From positions 477,659-541,658 of the forward strand of contig JAHRHZ010000109.1 of NCBI GenBank assembly GCA_024137785.1: 64,000 nucleotides of DNA, read 5' to 3'. Below the pieces are notes generated by a model that was given only the letters and a program-made list of their open reading frames with translations, was not told where the DNA came from and did no database searches. Made by a program: the position numbers and the translations under genes. This document shows positions 1-12,555 of this stretch, one piece after another. This DNA comes from Ginglymostoma cirratum (Eukaryota). Within the stretch, counting starts at the first letter, position 1, and each line of letters begins with the position of its first letter.

Positions 1-1770
1 TTAAAGAATGGTCCAGGAAGTCGTGGCCAGGTAAAAGACACTTATTGCACTTTCGGGTGTACAATCAGGCTGACACAGACATGTGAGTTATCTCATAACT
101 GGAAACAAAATCAGTACCATGTCCATACGTCCACTGGATAGCGCAATCAGCGTAATTGTGTAGCCCGCACACAGACTGCAGTACTAAATTCCCCTCTCAT
201 AAGTACACTCACTGATGGGTATGAGGGCATTTGAAAATGTCAAGCCCAACCACACTATTTTCCTTCCAATGAACTGCATATTGAAGGGCATGCTTCAAGG
301 TGGCCTGGAGAGAACTGTTTCCTATGCCCATGCTGTACAGCCTTAGCTAAGAATAGGTATCCTGGGGTTGTGTGATACTCGGAGGAGGATTGATAATAGT
401 CCTTTGCTCCTGAACAAGTGGTCGTCATACCAAGCAGCATATGACAAATCTTGTAGATTCAGGGAATATGCTTAGTTTTTGGGATGTTGATCCATATGGA
501 TAACAGTTCGAGTGTGACTCAAGAGGAGTCAAACCCATTCCATTAGGTCAACAGTTGCACCCGCAGATCACTATATAAAGCGATTGTTATGAACGGACAA
601 AGGATTCCCGCCTTGTCATTATCTCATTATTAACAAAATCAATTAGAACATTCAGAACAGTTTCAGTTAAATTGTTAAAAGTGAGGGTTTTAGTCTGTAT
701 TTCAATCCTTCTTCTTCTAATCTAGCGGCTATTTCTTGCAAATCTAAGTTATTTTCTAACAATACCTTCAACTTCTCTTTCAACTCTCTGAGTTCTTTTT
801 TGTGATAGTGATTTATCTATGGCATGAACAGCCGAGGTCCCCGTTACTATTTCTAGTCCTGCATCCTGCCAGAAACCTCGCCTCTGCCTGGGAGTCCCCT
901 GCTTTCTCATCATCTTTACAAGGGGCATGCCTCCAAGGGCAGACTTAATCATTTCCCTAAATAAAGTTTGACTTGATGCATCAATACAATTGGGTAGTAG
1001 TTCCAGATTAAATTTAGTTAGTAAAAAGGTTGTGGTCAGTGAAGCGTAGAGGATAACCTATTCATCTGCATCCATGAGGATCATACCATTCGCCCCGACA
1101 GGGATAATGTGGTCTTCAGAGAAGTTGCGGGGAGGACCATATCGTGTGAGAAACTAAGTCACAGTATGGCAGGTACAATTTTTCACTACTACAGTTCGTT
1201 GGGCAGTTGGTATGCCGTGAGTAAAGGCAGTACATATCCGGCATTCAATAGTACCATGAAAAAGCTGAAGGGAGTCGATGCTTCACCAGATCCATGTAGA
1301 ATCGATCCCGGAAAGATGAAACTGACATGAGTTTTGCCCACATACAGGATTATAATAAGATTTGCATAAGTGTTGTTACCTTTGTACACTGAAGATGAAC
1401 ATGGTGTTACAGTTAAGATCAAGGAGGGCTGCAGTCGCCTATTTTCAAAGGAGAGGGGCACCGCATACGGCTTTTAGTCCGACTACATGTTAACTGTGAA
1501 AAGCCATCTCCACAGGTTACATTAAGAGGATTTCTATCAGCTACATATAAGTTCCTGCCATCACAACTCAAGCCCTTATTTCCCAATCAATTTTTACGAA
1601 GTCATTTTGTATACATCCATAGTCCTTGAGTCATCCACATTGCTTCAGTGGTTCTGGAACACCGTGTGCCCCAAGGTCGATTCCTCGAATGTATATTCCT
1701 TGGACGGTCATTGTGGCTATAAGAAAAAGGGTCCTTTTTCACAAGGTAAATGTACAGGTGCGAGACCTTG
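1..1770 (-). pseudogene. env: Decayed retroviral env (SU-TM) of an endogenous retrovirus; runs off the window edge
   Basis: Lies directly 3' of the integrase. A hydrophobic signal-like stretch (TLFLIATMTVQGIYI) is near 1690-1740. A furin site RQRR at 889-878 is followed by a fusion-peptide-like GFWQDAGLEIVTGTSAVHAID and a heptad-like helix. Multiple stops and frameshifts. Confidence 0.7.
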
Positions 1771-1779
1771 CTAAAGATG

Positions 1780-3100
1780 TTAACTGCTGAATACTTGCAG
1801 CTGTGACTGGTGTCTCCACTTGCCTAACGCACTTTTGCCTACAAAAACTCCTCGATCACCATTGATAATCACTTCATAGGGGCCACTCCATTTAGAACTG
1901 AGCTGCCCTTTTGGAGGCAGTGCATGAATTAAGACCCCGTCCCCGGCCCTTATCATCGGGCGTGTCAAGCACATTCCCTCTTGTTCCCTACCATGAACCT
2001 ACTGTATTTGGTTCATCGAGTCTTTCAGCAGTTGGAGATCCATGCAAAATTGACGCATACGTTCCTAAATCTGTCCTTTTGTGTTGATCATTTCCGGTAC
2101 CCCTTGCAGCAGGCCCATGGTGCTACCAGTAATGAATGGGAAAGGAGTCAGTCTTATTAGTCTGTGAATTGTTCCTCGAAAGGCCATCAGAATGGCTGGT
2201 AAGGAAAGGGTCAATTTAAACCCTTCTCTGATTATTGCCTTGGTCAGAGCATTTTTCAGTCTTCTATTCATCCTGTCCACCATCCCCGAGCTCTGTGGGT
2301 GGTAGGGAATATGATACCTTTGTGTTATTCCCAGTAGTTTCCATGCTTCCTTCAGGCACTCGCCAGTGAAATGGGCGAGTTGAATTGAATCTATTTGCAG
2401 GGGGACCCGCCACCTAGGTAATAGTTCTACTGTCAATATTTTTGCCACTGAAGTTGCAGTAGTCTTTTGTGGGGAAAGCTCCTACCATCTGGTAAACTGA
2501 TGAACCATGACCACACAGGATTTTTTTGTTTTATTCTGACTTTGTGGAAGTGGCCCTATGAAATCTATTTTAATGTGTTTCCATGGTCTCTGTGGATGGG
2601 GCTGATTGTTCGTTTTAATTTTAATTCCCTGTCGTGGTTCTGTCTGTGCACATACAGTGCATCTTTGACAAAACTTGGCTTTGTCTCTTCCCATTCCTTT
2701 CCTGCAGCAGCAATTAGATATCAGCTGTATCATTTTATTTCTACCTATGTATGCTAATCCAGGTAAACATTGGATAATGTGTGCTGGCAGAATGTAGGCT
2801 CTACCACTTTGCCTCCTTTTCTCCAAATATTGCCTGCTCCTAACGTTTCCCTGTCTTTTATTCATTCCACATTTTCTTCTGAACTGGCCATTGCTTGTAA
2901 ATTTAAAATTTTCCATTCATTATCTCTGGCTTCATGCTGTCTCGCAGCTGCTATCGTTATCACTTCTTGTTCTAACATTGCTTTTGATGTGCTATCTGCA
3001 TAACTCTTCCCTCTCTGCTCTGGTGTTTGAATTTTCCTATGTGCTTTTATTTTAATTATTGCAGCTTCTTTTGGTTCTGTAGATGATGCCACGAGGTCCT
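1780..3100 (-). mobile_element. pol: ERV/LTR-retroelement pol remnant: RNase H C-terminus, integrase Zn-binding region, rve core and GPY/F C-terminus
   Basis: AAIIKIKAHRK...GKSYADSTSK (RNase H), CTVCAQ, PWKHIKIDFIGPLP, LGITQRYHIPYHPQSSGMVDRMNRRLK and KWSGPYEV occur in colinear order across frameshifted ORFs 2862-3092, 2482-2916, 2065-2448 and 1780-1974. Confidence 0.92.
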
Positions 3101-3962
3101 TGACACCAGGTCTCCAGCACGGAAAAAAAGACCCGTCAACCCATCAGGTCTGCACCAGTTGAACTCACTCTTCTGGTTCTTCCTGTTCCAGCACTTGGCT
3201 TATAGCATCACCAAGGTTAGCAATGCAAGTGTACATCTAAATGTATCTTAACATGTATGAGGGTTTCTGCTTGTTTCGCTCTGACAGGCAAGGAGTTGCA
3301 TCTGTCCACCATTGGCGATCTGAGTGAAATGCTTATTCCCCACCTTCAGTGATTTCTCTCGAAAACAAGAAGACAAGGAATGAAATCCCTTCTTATTTGC
3401 TTTCGACGCTCAATCGTGGTCGGCTAGATTCCAAGCTGTGCAGGGGCACCCCAATGCATTTCAAGTCTTTCACCTTAACCACTCGCCTACAATTATAGTA
3501 GTACAACAGCTGCTCGCCTTTCTCCCTATGGAGGTGAAGAAGAGTGAATCATTACAAGGTTTGTTTGAATCCAACCACTTCTCAGATTTCTTAAGAGTTA
3601 TATTGCTCCCTGGCTGGTCTGGTTGTTTCATCCCGATAGATAGGATAAACATTAATTTAAGAACAAAACCATAAATTTCAGGAAAAGCTCAGCGGATCTG
3701 GCAGAGAATCAAAATCAACGTTTCAGAACTCCGTTTTATCCCGCAGGTACTTCTAATCCTGTTGAGTTTCTACAGCAGTTTTTGATTCTCTTTGAGATTC
3801 CCAACATCCGAAGCTCTTTACTTTAGCTATTAAAGCAACATGGAAATATTATTGTTGTTAGTCACTAGATAAGGTTTTCATTTGGGGAACACCTCCCGAA
3901 CCGCATTAAAAACCCAGAACTGCGTAACATACCAAAGTGATGAAGTGAAAACAGCAATCACT

Positions 3963-4036
3963 CTTGCATGGGTGCCCTCGAACTATCGACCTGTTGTTTA
4001 ATAAGTGAACACACTGAATGATTGCGTCTCAGAGGT
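3963..4036 (-). pseudogene. Degenerate tRNA-Asn gene
   Basis: The reverse complement acctctgagacgcaatcattcagtgtgttcacttattaaacaacaggtcgatagttcgagggcacccatgcaag aligns end to end with vertebrate tRNA-Asn(GTT). The anticodon reads ATT and the stems are broken. Confidence 0.7.
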
Positions 4037-5099
4037 CAGCTAGCAGGAGCTTGCACGATCTCTTAGAGCAGGCTGTTAGTGAATGCAAGCTTCAAACTGC
4101 CTCTCTTCTAATGACAAATGTCCTGTATCAGTTTTGCGTTTCCAAAAGAATGTCTGGGACATTCATTGTGGAGACATGGGAATTTTGCCAGACTTCTTTG
4201 GTAATAATACAAGCACAGTTGATAAAGGCAAGTGTTAGATGAAGTGCATTTGAATTTTTAGTAGGTACTCAACAAGGAGCTATATAAGACGTCATCACAC
4301 AAGGTAGGAGTTTACGCTGTATGGTATAAATGAGCATAGGATGCCCTTGTTTAATTAACAAAATATACAGAATCGGGATTAATGTGCATTTTTCAAGTTG
4401 GAAAGAAGTGATTTCTGGAGTTCCAGAATGCTCAGTCATGGGGTTGTAATTATTTATCTCTGTATTAATGGCTTGTAGGAAATGTACAACAACCACAGTT
4501 CTGGAGGGCATGCCAGAAGCAGCTCCAGAAATGCAACAGAAATAGTTGCCAAATAGCAGACTGAAATGAATGGAGAAAATCTATGGAATTCAGAGCCATG
4601 GAGGAGGTCAATGTTCAGCATTTAGACTGTACAAAACTGAGATTAATAGATTTCTATAGATTAAAAACATTTAGAACTCACATGAAAGTGGAGAAAATGG
4701 CGGTCAAGTTGGAGGACGTACATGATTTCATTATGCTGTGAAGCAGGTTCAATGGGCTAAGTAGCTGTATCATATTTTTATGTTTCAAAATGAAAACGTT
4801 TTTCCTTATATTCACTTGGTACATGTAATTAATATTCCAGCAGAAATCATATAATTCTTCTTGGATGTATTCTTCTTGCTACGATCTTGGATGTATTTCT
4901 CAAATGGCAATAGAGTTTTACATCGGTTGCATCAGAAGTTCCCTCAAACAGGGAATTAACCATTGCTGCAGATGATCATTTCATCCCAGTTTCCCAGCCC
5001 CGGAATCAGAGAAACTCAGTGCCCTAGAATTCTACATATTCTGGGTCAATCGGATTCGCACCCTAAATCCCTATCCCAGGTGATCCCTGACAAACTTGA

Positions 5100-5655
5100 A
5101 AACCTTTGCTTAACACAATCTCTCTCTATCTGCCTTAAAAATATTCATGAACTCTGCAGGCTGCAGCAGAGATTGACAAGGATGTTGCCAGGACTGGACA
5201 AGTTGGAACTTTGCAGAATATTTGGTTAGGCTGGGACTGTTCTCCTTTGAACAGCGGAGGCTGTCGGTAATTTACAATCATACAATAGTATTTATAAACA
5301 TTCAATGTTCTTAGGGGCCTTGACAGCGTAGATATGGACAAATGGTTTCCCTTAGCACGAGAGAGGAGGACAATAGAACATAATGTCCGAATAAGATTTA
5401 GCCCATTTAGTTTGGAAACCAGGTGGAATGTCTTCGCTCAGTGGTCAATGAATTTGTGAAATTCTTTCCCACAGACGGCTGTTGAGGCTGAATTGCTGGG
5501 TATTGTCAAAGTAATCTAGACAGATGTTTACTTATTAAGATAGTCAAGAATTATCCAGGTAAGGCAGCAGAATGGAGTTCAAGACTATCATTGAACGGTT
5601 CAGCAGACTAGATGGGTCGAATACTTCTGCTCCTAATTCATTCCTATGGCTCTTA
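5100..5655 (+). mobile_element. CR1 LINE 3' fragment
   Basis: QQRLTRMLPGL motif, remnant RLGLFSFEQRRL, and a CR1-type 3' UTR ending in a cctatggctct-like tail. Confidence 0.7.
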
Positions 5656-5697
5656 CATTATTTTGTCCATAATCTTATTTAATCGATAGGTCCGAGA

Positions 5698-5720
5698 TTG
5701 TGTGTGTGTGTGTGTGTGTG
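5698..5720. repeat. (TG)n microsatellite
   Basis: Direct run of tg units. Confidence 0.95.
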
Positions 5721-6459
5721 TATTGGGGGTGGGGTGGGCGGAGATTGGATAAAATTATAGTCTTAGCTCTCACACCTTGCAGCTTATAATAGCCCTTTCA
5801 CTCCGCTCCCTCTGCATTTGTTTTCAACCAATGACATTTGGGATAGTTCCAACTAAACTGAAAGTCATTCTGAGAAAGGAGTCATTCTCTGTCTGGCTTT
5901 TAAACCAAAATCACAGCGGAGAAAGCTCCTTCCTGACGATGAGAACATTAAAGATGCTGCAACGTAACAATGAAAGTTGGTTCATCAGCGTTTCTTCTGT
6001 CTTGTTCCTTATTCCTTGTTTCAGTGAATTAAATGTGCTTCTAAGTCTGTCACAGACTTTCACTTTTGTTCCTTTTATAGAATCCTGCCTTTACTCTGAG
6101 AAAATGCTGCGAATACTCACAATACCGCCCCTCCCCTCCCGAGAATATGCATTTCTTTGATCAAACTATGACAGGTCACACAAGAAGAAAAAATCTTCAA
6201 TGTCTTGAAAAACAGTCAGAAGGAGTCCTTTCATTTCCCTGCTATAATCACAGAAAAAAAGATCATTTTCACTTGGATTCTGTTGGTCACAGAGAGTGCA
6301 GGGAGAGCGCAGATAGCCGATGCGATCTTCGTTGCATCCTATTTCTCAAATTACAATACTGGGCGATTTTCAGGTCACTGACTTTAGACGCACTGTTCAG
6401 TTGTCCCGGCAATAAACTCACATGGTATATATTTCCTGGAGACTTTGCCTGTAACTCAG

Positions 6460-6525
6460 ACACCAATCAGGAAGCGGACATTATCAACCAAAATTGGAAC
6501 TGACGTCATTGTCCGCCATTGGATT
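6460..6525. promoter_or_regulatory. Cluster of Pol II promoter motifs
   Basis: CCAAT 6463-6467, GGAAG (ETS core) 6470-6474, ATTGG 6493-6497, palindromic CRE TGACGTCA 6501-6508 and YY1-like CCGCCATT 6513-6520, all within about 60 bp. Confidence 0.4.
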
Positions 6526-7010
6526 TTACCGATACAGTTTATAAAATTCAGCTTTACTGTTAATATGAACAGTGGCCACGGAACTGCAGTTTCCTCTCCT
6601 GATTTTGAACAATGATCATTCCAACTGCAAATGAATTGCTGTTGGTTGGAAACATTTCTTCCTGAACTCGCTGCCACCTGCTTCGACAGGAAGATCTGAA
6701 ATCTCCTGATAGATTGGAATGTAAAGTTTTGTGTTTACAAATTAAGTGAGAAAATATCTGTATAATGTTACCAACATCACTCTGCCACTGACTGAATGAA
6801 GCGGGTGCCTAGCTGGAGGCGGCTGTGTGTTTGAACCCCATGATGTGTTTGAACAAACTGCACACCTTCAGCAGTGTTCCCAATATAAAACTAACAGGAA
6901 CGTAACACATGCACTTAAAAGCTGCTGAATAGACGAATCACGATCAAGCAACACCCCCAAACAACAAGCTCTGCTTCCATACAAATGAGGATCATTTCTC
7001 TACCCGCAGA

Positions 7011-7082
7011 GGCTATGCACCTAACATGAACACACAAACTTCTAATCTGGAAGCGAACGAGCTACCGTTGCGCCACAAACTC
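7011..7082 (-). pseudogene. Degenerate tRNA-Trp(CCA) gene
   Basis: The reverse complement gagtttgtggcgcaacggtagctcgttcgcttccagattagaagtttgtgtgttca matches the D-arm, anticodon and T-arm of vertebrate tRNA-Trp. The 3' acceptor strand is decayed. Confidence 0.75.
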
Positions 7083-8198
7083 ACAATTAACTGTAGAGCT
7101 GCTGTGAAGAATTAAGTGAAGTGAACTTATCCCAATGAGGAATTATCAGTAATGAAGGAGGTGGAAAGGTTGTGCACATTCTGCCTCTTTTTTCCCCGCT
7201 CTCTCTGCGTGTCAACAAATCTTTTTTTTATTTTTCATCTCCAGCCGTTTGTCTGTCCCTTTTTCTCCCTCATCCTACACTTCTCCACTGCATTCTTTCA
7301 GCCTCTCTCTTCTTGCCCTTTAACGTTCTTGTTGATACATTCTGCTCTGAACTGTGGAGATTGATTCAAATCTGTATGTTAGAGGGCGGATCCAGGAATT
7401 ATTCTCGATCCTCCAACAGACACAACGAGAAAGAAACGATTTGGTTGTGGGATGGGAGAAGGGTTAAATTCCAATACAGATATGTTCAGGCATCTTACAC
7501 CAATATCCTTACCAGGAAACGACAAAACAAGTAACTGACAGTATTCCTGAACTTGCACCATTGGAAACATAATGTTCTTAAGGTCAAACAGACCTGATTA
7601 GGTTTTTTTCTTTCAGCTCTGCACCAGTTAGCATAATGTATACCGCGTCTGTTTAAGAATCTGGAAGTTGTAGCTTTCTCTCTGGCTCGAGTGCAGTTCA
7701 CAACTTTGTTATAAGTCCAAATTAATATTTTTTATCGGCCTGAAGCCCCGATGAAGATTGAATTTCGGTTGCACATGAACTAGAATCCTTTCACTGTTTC
7801 ACATCTGTAAATGTCACCAAGAACATCAGAGTCAATGCCCCAGCGGCATCAAAGGAAGGGAAGCTGAAATAATTCCACATGCTGCTCGTGGGCACCTTTC
7901 CATTTCCAAAACCCATCGATCTAATAATGTAGTTGCTGGGAATCGCAAGGAAACAAAACAGAAAACCCAGTTTCAGCGTTGTGAATGTTTAGAAACTCTT
8001 TGGGAAGTGGAATCCGAGGAGAATTAATGGTGAACTGTCCAGCTGAGCAGAAGCGGTCAAGGCACCTTCCCTGTCTTTAAGGGTCTGGGGTATTGACTCA
8101 TGTTCTCGGGATCATTAACTGATCCGAGACAGTGAAAGGATTCCTGCTGGAGCTGCTCTGCTTCTGCTCTTGCCACTATCAGGAATGATAAATCCTGA

Positions 8199-8268
8199 TT
8201 CCCTGACCTGGAACAGAAACCAGTCGTGACAGTGAAACCACCGCATCCTAATCACTCACAGGAAGGAA
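8199..8268 (-). pseudogene. Degenerate tRNA-Glu(TTC) gene
   Basis: The reverse complement ...gtgattaggatgcggtggtttcactgtcacgactggtttctgttccaggtcagggaa matches the 3' three-quarters of vertebrate tRNA-Glu. Confidence 0.7.
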
Positions 8269-8719
8269 TCAATTGCATAAATATTTCTTCTGATTTAATT
8301 TCGTCAATCTCCCGTTTTTATCACATCTCCTTTTGACAGTAGAATTGTAAATACGATCATCCATCCATTTGGAAAAGAAGTGAAAACACAACTCTGGCAG
8401 AATTCGAACCCACTAGAGAAAAGGCAAGAGATAAAAGCAGGAATTGCGTCTCTGAGAGATGATTCACTTCTTAATTATTAGGTTATAACTTTCCTTCCCA
8501 ATTCAAAAAAAGACCCAGTTCCATTGATAATCATTCACTAGGAAAAGTATGCAACGCAATTCAAAACTATGAGTTGTTTTTATAGTCAATGTATTCTGCT
8601 GCACGCATTCATTGTATTTATTTACATCTAAATTTCCTTTATCTGTGTTTTAAAAATCCCGATCAGTTGAGTCGCAATTTATAGCGGGCTTCACTTTGAA
8701 CAATATGCCTCACTTTGTA

Positions 8720-9938
8720 AAAACCATGTCTCATGAATTTAATTATGTTTTTTGAAAGGGTAACCAAGAAAATAGATGACGACTGTGTGGAAGACATTGC
8801 GTACATGGACCTTTGGCGTGGCCTGTTGTTGAGTAAGTTTAAGTATCATGGGATCCAAGGAGAGATAGCCAATCAGATACAAACTTGGCTTGCCGGTAGA
8901 AGATACAGGGTGGTGAAAGACGTCATTTTTCAGACTGATGGCTTGTGACCAACGTTGTACCACCAGGACTAGTGCTAAGTCCACTGTTATTCATTATTTA
9001 TACAAATGATTTGGATGCAAATTTAGAAGGTATGGTTAGGAAGTTTGAGTACAGTATCAGGGTTGATGAAGAAGTGAAGTGAAGAAGGTTATCTAACCCT
9101 ACAGTGAGATCTTGATCAACCAGACCAGTCATGTGAGGAATGGTAGATGTAGCTTAATTAAGATAAATGTATGGTGTTAGGTTTTGGTTGGTCAAACAAA
9201 AGCAGGATATATATACAGTCAAAAGTAGGACTCTTGGCATTATTACAGAATAAAGAGCTCGAGAAGTACAGTTTCATGTTTCATTGAAATTGGAATCACA
9301 GGTAAAGAAGGTGGTGATGAGGGATTTAGGCATGCTTAATTTCATCAAACAGAGCATTGAGTGTAGAAGGTGGGATGTAATGTTGCAGCTGTACAAGACG
9401 TTGGTAAGGTTACCCTACTATAGAAAGGATATTACTCAAAGAGAAAGAATTCAGATAAAAAGAAAATTACGTTGCTACGTGGACCGGACGTTCTGAGTTA
9501 AGAGGGGAGCCTAGATAGGCTGGGACATTTTTCCCTAGATTGGAGGAGACTGAGGGGGGATCTCATAGAGTTCATTAAAATTATGAGAGGCATACATAAA
9601 GCAAATATGTAAGAACACTTCCCCGTGGTCGGGGAGTCTAATACTAGAGGGCATAGAGTTAATGCGAGAGGGGAGAAATACAAAAGGGTACAGTGGGGCA
9701 TTTTCTTCATACGGGGGGTGGTGGTGAGTGTCTGGAATGTGCTGCCAGATGTAGTGGTGCATGCCATTACATTTTTAACATCTAAGAAACATTTGGACAG
9801 GTACTTGGATAGGATAGGTATGGAAGGACATAGACCAAATGCAGGCAAATGGGACCAGATTAATTGTGAAAAATGGGTGGCATGGGCACTTTGGGCCGCA
9901 AGACCTGATTCCTTGCTACAAATCTCTATATGTCTCTA
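8720..9938 (+). mobile_element. 5'-truncated CR1 LINE (RT C-terminal half plus 3' UTR)
   Basis: NLIMFFERVTKKIDD..EDIAYMD, MLQLYKTLVR, TRGHRVNARGEK; ends in a tctctatatgtctcta-type tail. Confidence 0.9.
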
Positions 9939-10261
9939 AGGACTTGAAGAAAACCCAAGCTGCGTTGCCAAGCGAAAGGGCAGGATAAGATCCACTTTAT
10001 GATAAAGTCTGTTCCTACGCTGAGGGCACTCACATGGCTCCTCGTTGATTGGCTGACAGCTGACTTCAACCTGAGATGCAGGGTTAGCACAGGAACCATC
10101 GATACTGCCAACATGGCCAATTACACAACTGATTTGTAATTTGGGAAAAGGAATCCCTCAGTGGTCTATGCATGTGGTCTTCAAGACCCCGAGAATGGAC
10201 TCAAACCTCCATTGGAAGGGTCATCTGTACCCAACATTTCAGTCTCTAGGTTACCTTCATT

Positions 10262-11026
10262 TTAAGTGTTTGAACCGCTGAAATGACAGTAGTTCATCAC
10301 TGATTCAGGCCCCCGACTTGGTTTCCAAAGGCAGGGGATCTCCAGAAAGCTTGCTTGAGATGCAGGTAAGCTTGGGACTAATGAGACTCCGAGATCCGAG
10401 ATGAGAGTGCCTGTTTCAGATTCATGTTCATGAATACAAAGGCGGATGAAGTTAACCCGTGTGGCATGTATCCTTCCGCTCAGGGAAAAGTGCACAGAGG
10501 CCCATTTATCCTTCCTGGGTTTGACAGCCCTTGGAGCTGATATGCTTCTTAAGAATTGGGAGTGAATGGCTGAAGGTGGGACCTCAGTGATGAGGAGGCA
10601 ATCACTGATCTAGAAAATGATAATGGAGATGGAAACTGCTCTCACCAAAGAGGAAATACTCCTCAACAATGTTGAAACGGCATGGGTTCTAGTGTACTGT
10701 GGGGGTGGGGCTGTGGCCCCATATATACTAGGACCAGCTGAAGACAAAAGTCCCAGGGTTGCATTTGTGTCATCAGAGAGCACAGTGTATGCCTGTGCTA
10801 AAGGATCACCAATGTTATCTGAAGAGCTTGGAGAAACTAGTCTGATTCCGGCGCCAGTAAACTCAAACTCCTCTGAGGCAGCTGCTTCAGTACAAGATGG
10901 TACCGGGATTTCACCCAATGGTGTAGAATTGGATGGCACGGACTGGTTGACAATTGGCCTTATTAACCATGTGGACCCACTAAACCTCATTGAAACAACA
11001 AGTGGAATATCTCCCCCTCAAGACAT
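10262..11026 (-). pseudogene. Unassigned decayed ORF of about 254 codons containing a PPxY motif
   Basis: ATG at 11026 opens one frame (MS*GGDIPLVVSMRFSGSTW...ATAPPPQY...IIF*ISDCLL...GSNT*) that joins track ORFs 10610-10990 and 10262-10495. It has only two internal stops and no frameshift. Confidence 0.45.
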
Positions 11027-11959
11027 TTTGTCTTCAGCCCCATCATGATACACTGGCTGATCTCAGTATCATGGAAAACAGTATCCATATCATGGAAAAC
11101 AGTGCAAACAAATCAGAGTAGATGTTGGAGTTGATGTATGTGTGTATCTCTTTGTGTGTTTACTTGAAGATTGCAGGTGTGTTGTGGGGAGTTCTGACAG
11201 TCTCTATGGTGTTTCAAACAATGCAATAACTCCCTCTGCTGACTTCCCCATGCCCCTCCACCTGTAGTGATGGAGCATGATGACCATCAGGGATTCAGTC
11301 ACTGAAGGAACGTCACTGAGGGAGAGGGAGAAGGCAGCAGCTCCTATCATCAAACGTACAATATCTGACAAGAAAACAACGCAAACACACACAAACACGC
11401 ACACCGACACACATACAATCACAAAAGGCTGATGTGCACAGGATTGCAATTGCACTGAGGCCACTCAGAATTGAATATGCTCGTGTGGAGAAATGTTTGT
11501 GCTCCCTCTGCAATGTGGAAATGATTAGTTTATGGGCAGTATTCCTGACACAGGGTGTACACATTCAGGAGTATTTCCACAGCCGCCTCCAAGTGTACTA
11601 TGATGTAACGGAACCAAATGAATGTTATTGCACTTTCTGCAACTTTCAATGATTTGTGACATACTCTGAAAAATTATGAGAAAGGATTCAAAAGTCCTGA
11701 AAGAGACACAGTGGCTGGGGGCATGGTAGCATTGGGTATGTTCATCTCCTTCTGCAGATATCTCATGGACAACATTGCAAGGGATCGTACGAAACTGCTC
11801 TTTGTTTCCATAAACATTCAGCTGCGCGAAGCGAAACAGTCACATTTCCTATTATCTCAGTCACAGAATTCGTTGCCTTCTCGAAAAAAAACTGCTCTTT
11901 GTGCTGTATTGCGGGGAATCCAGCAGAGGTTGAGATTCTTGCAGTTTAGGAACAATGGA

Positions 11960-12555
11960 AAATAGGAGTTAGGAGAAGGACCTGGCAATTCAGCCCTTCC
12001 AGCTCGCTCCACCATTCAACATAATTATTGCTGATCTTATCCTGGCATCAAATCCACTCTCCAGCCTGCTTCCTGAAGACGTTCATTCTGCTTTTTATTT
12101 GTTGGTTGATTGATTCTGCCTCCCCTTCACTCCTGAACAGTGAGTTCTTTGATTCACGGACCTCTGAGAGAAGTTATTTCTTTGCATCTTAGTTTTGAAC
12201 CTATTTCTTCACTCTACATCCGTGAGGTCTTGCTCGATACTTTCCCACAAAGAGGAGCATCTTTTTAACGTCTATTCCTTTAGCGTTTTCTACACTTCAG
12301 TCTGGTCCCCACTCATTCTTCTAAACTTCAGTGTATTGAAGATCAGCGATGCAACCTCTCCTTGTACGACAATTCCTTTATGCCGAGAATCAACCTGGTG
12401 AACCTCCACTAAACTGCCTCCAGTGCCACCACATCCTTCGTCAAGTAAGAAGACCAAAACTGGACGCAATACTCCAGGTGTGCTCTCGCCAAATCCTTAT
12501 ATAATTGTAACAACACTCCTTTATTTTTGTGATCCAATCCTTTGGCAATAAATAC
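11960..12555 (-). mobile_element. CR1 LINE 3' fragment
   Basis: The reverse complement carries an LARAHLEYCVQFWS-like sequence (aaactggacgcaatactccaggtg on the plus strand) and the CR1 3' UTR signature ggcaattcagccc. Confidence 0.8.

Noticed and set aside
8390-8425. tRNA T-arm-like ggcagaattcgaaccc (similar weak hits near 6820-6845 and 7743-7770)
   Set aside because: Too short or too decayed to assign a tRNA.
10617-11048. 143-aa plus-strand ORF
   Set aside because: Antisense to the longer minus-strand frame and judged its shadow, although this is not proven.
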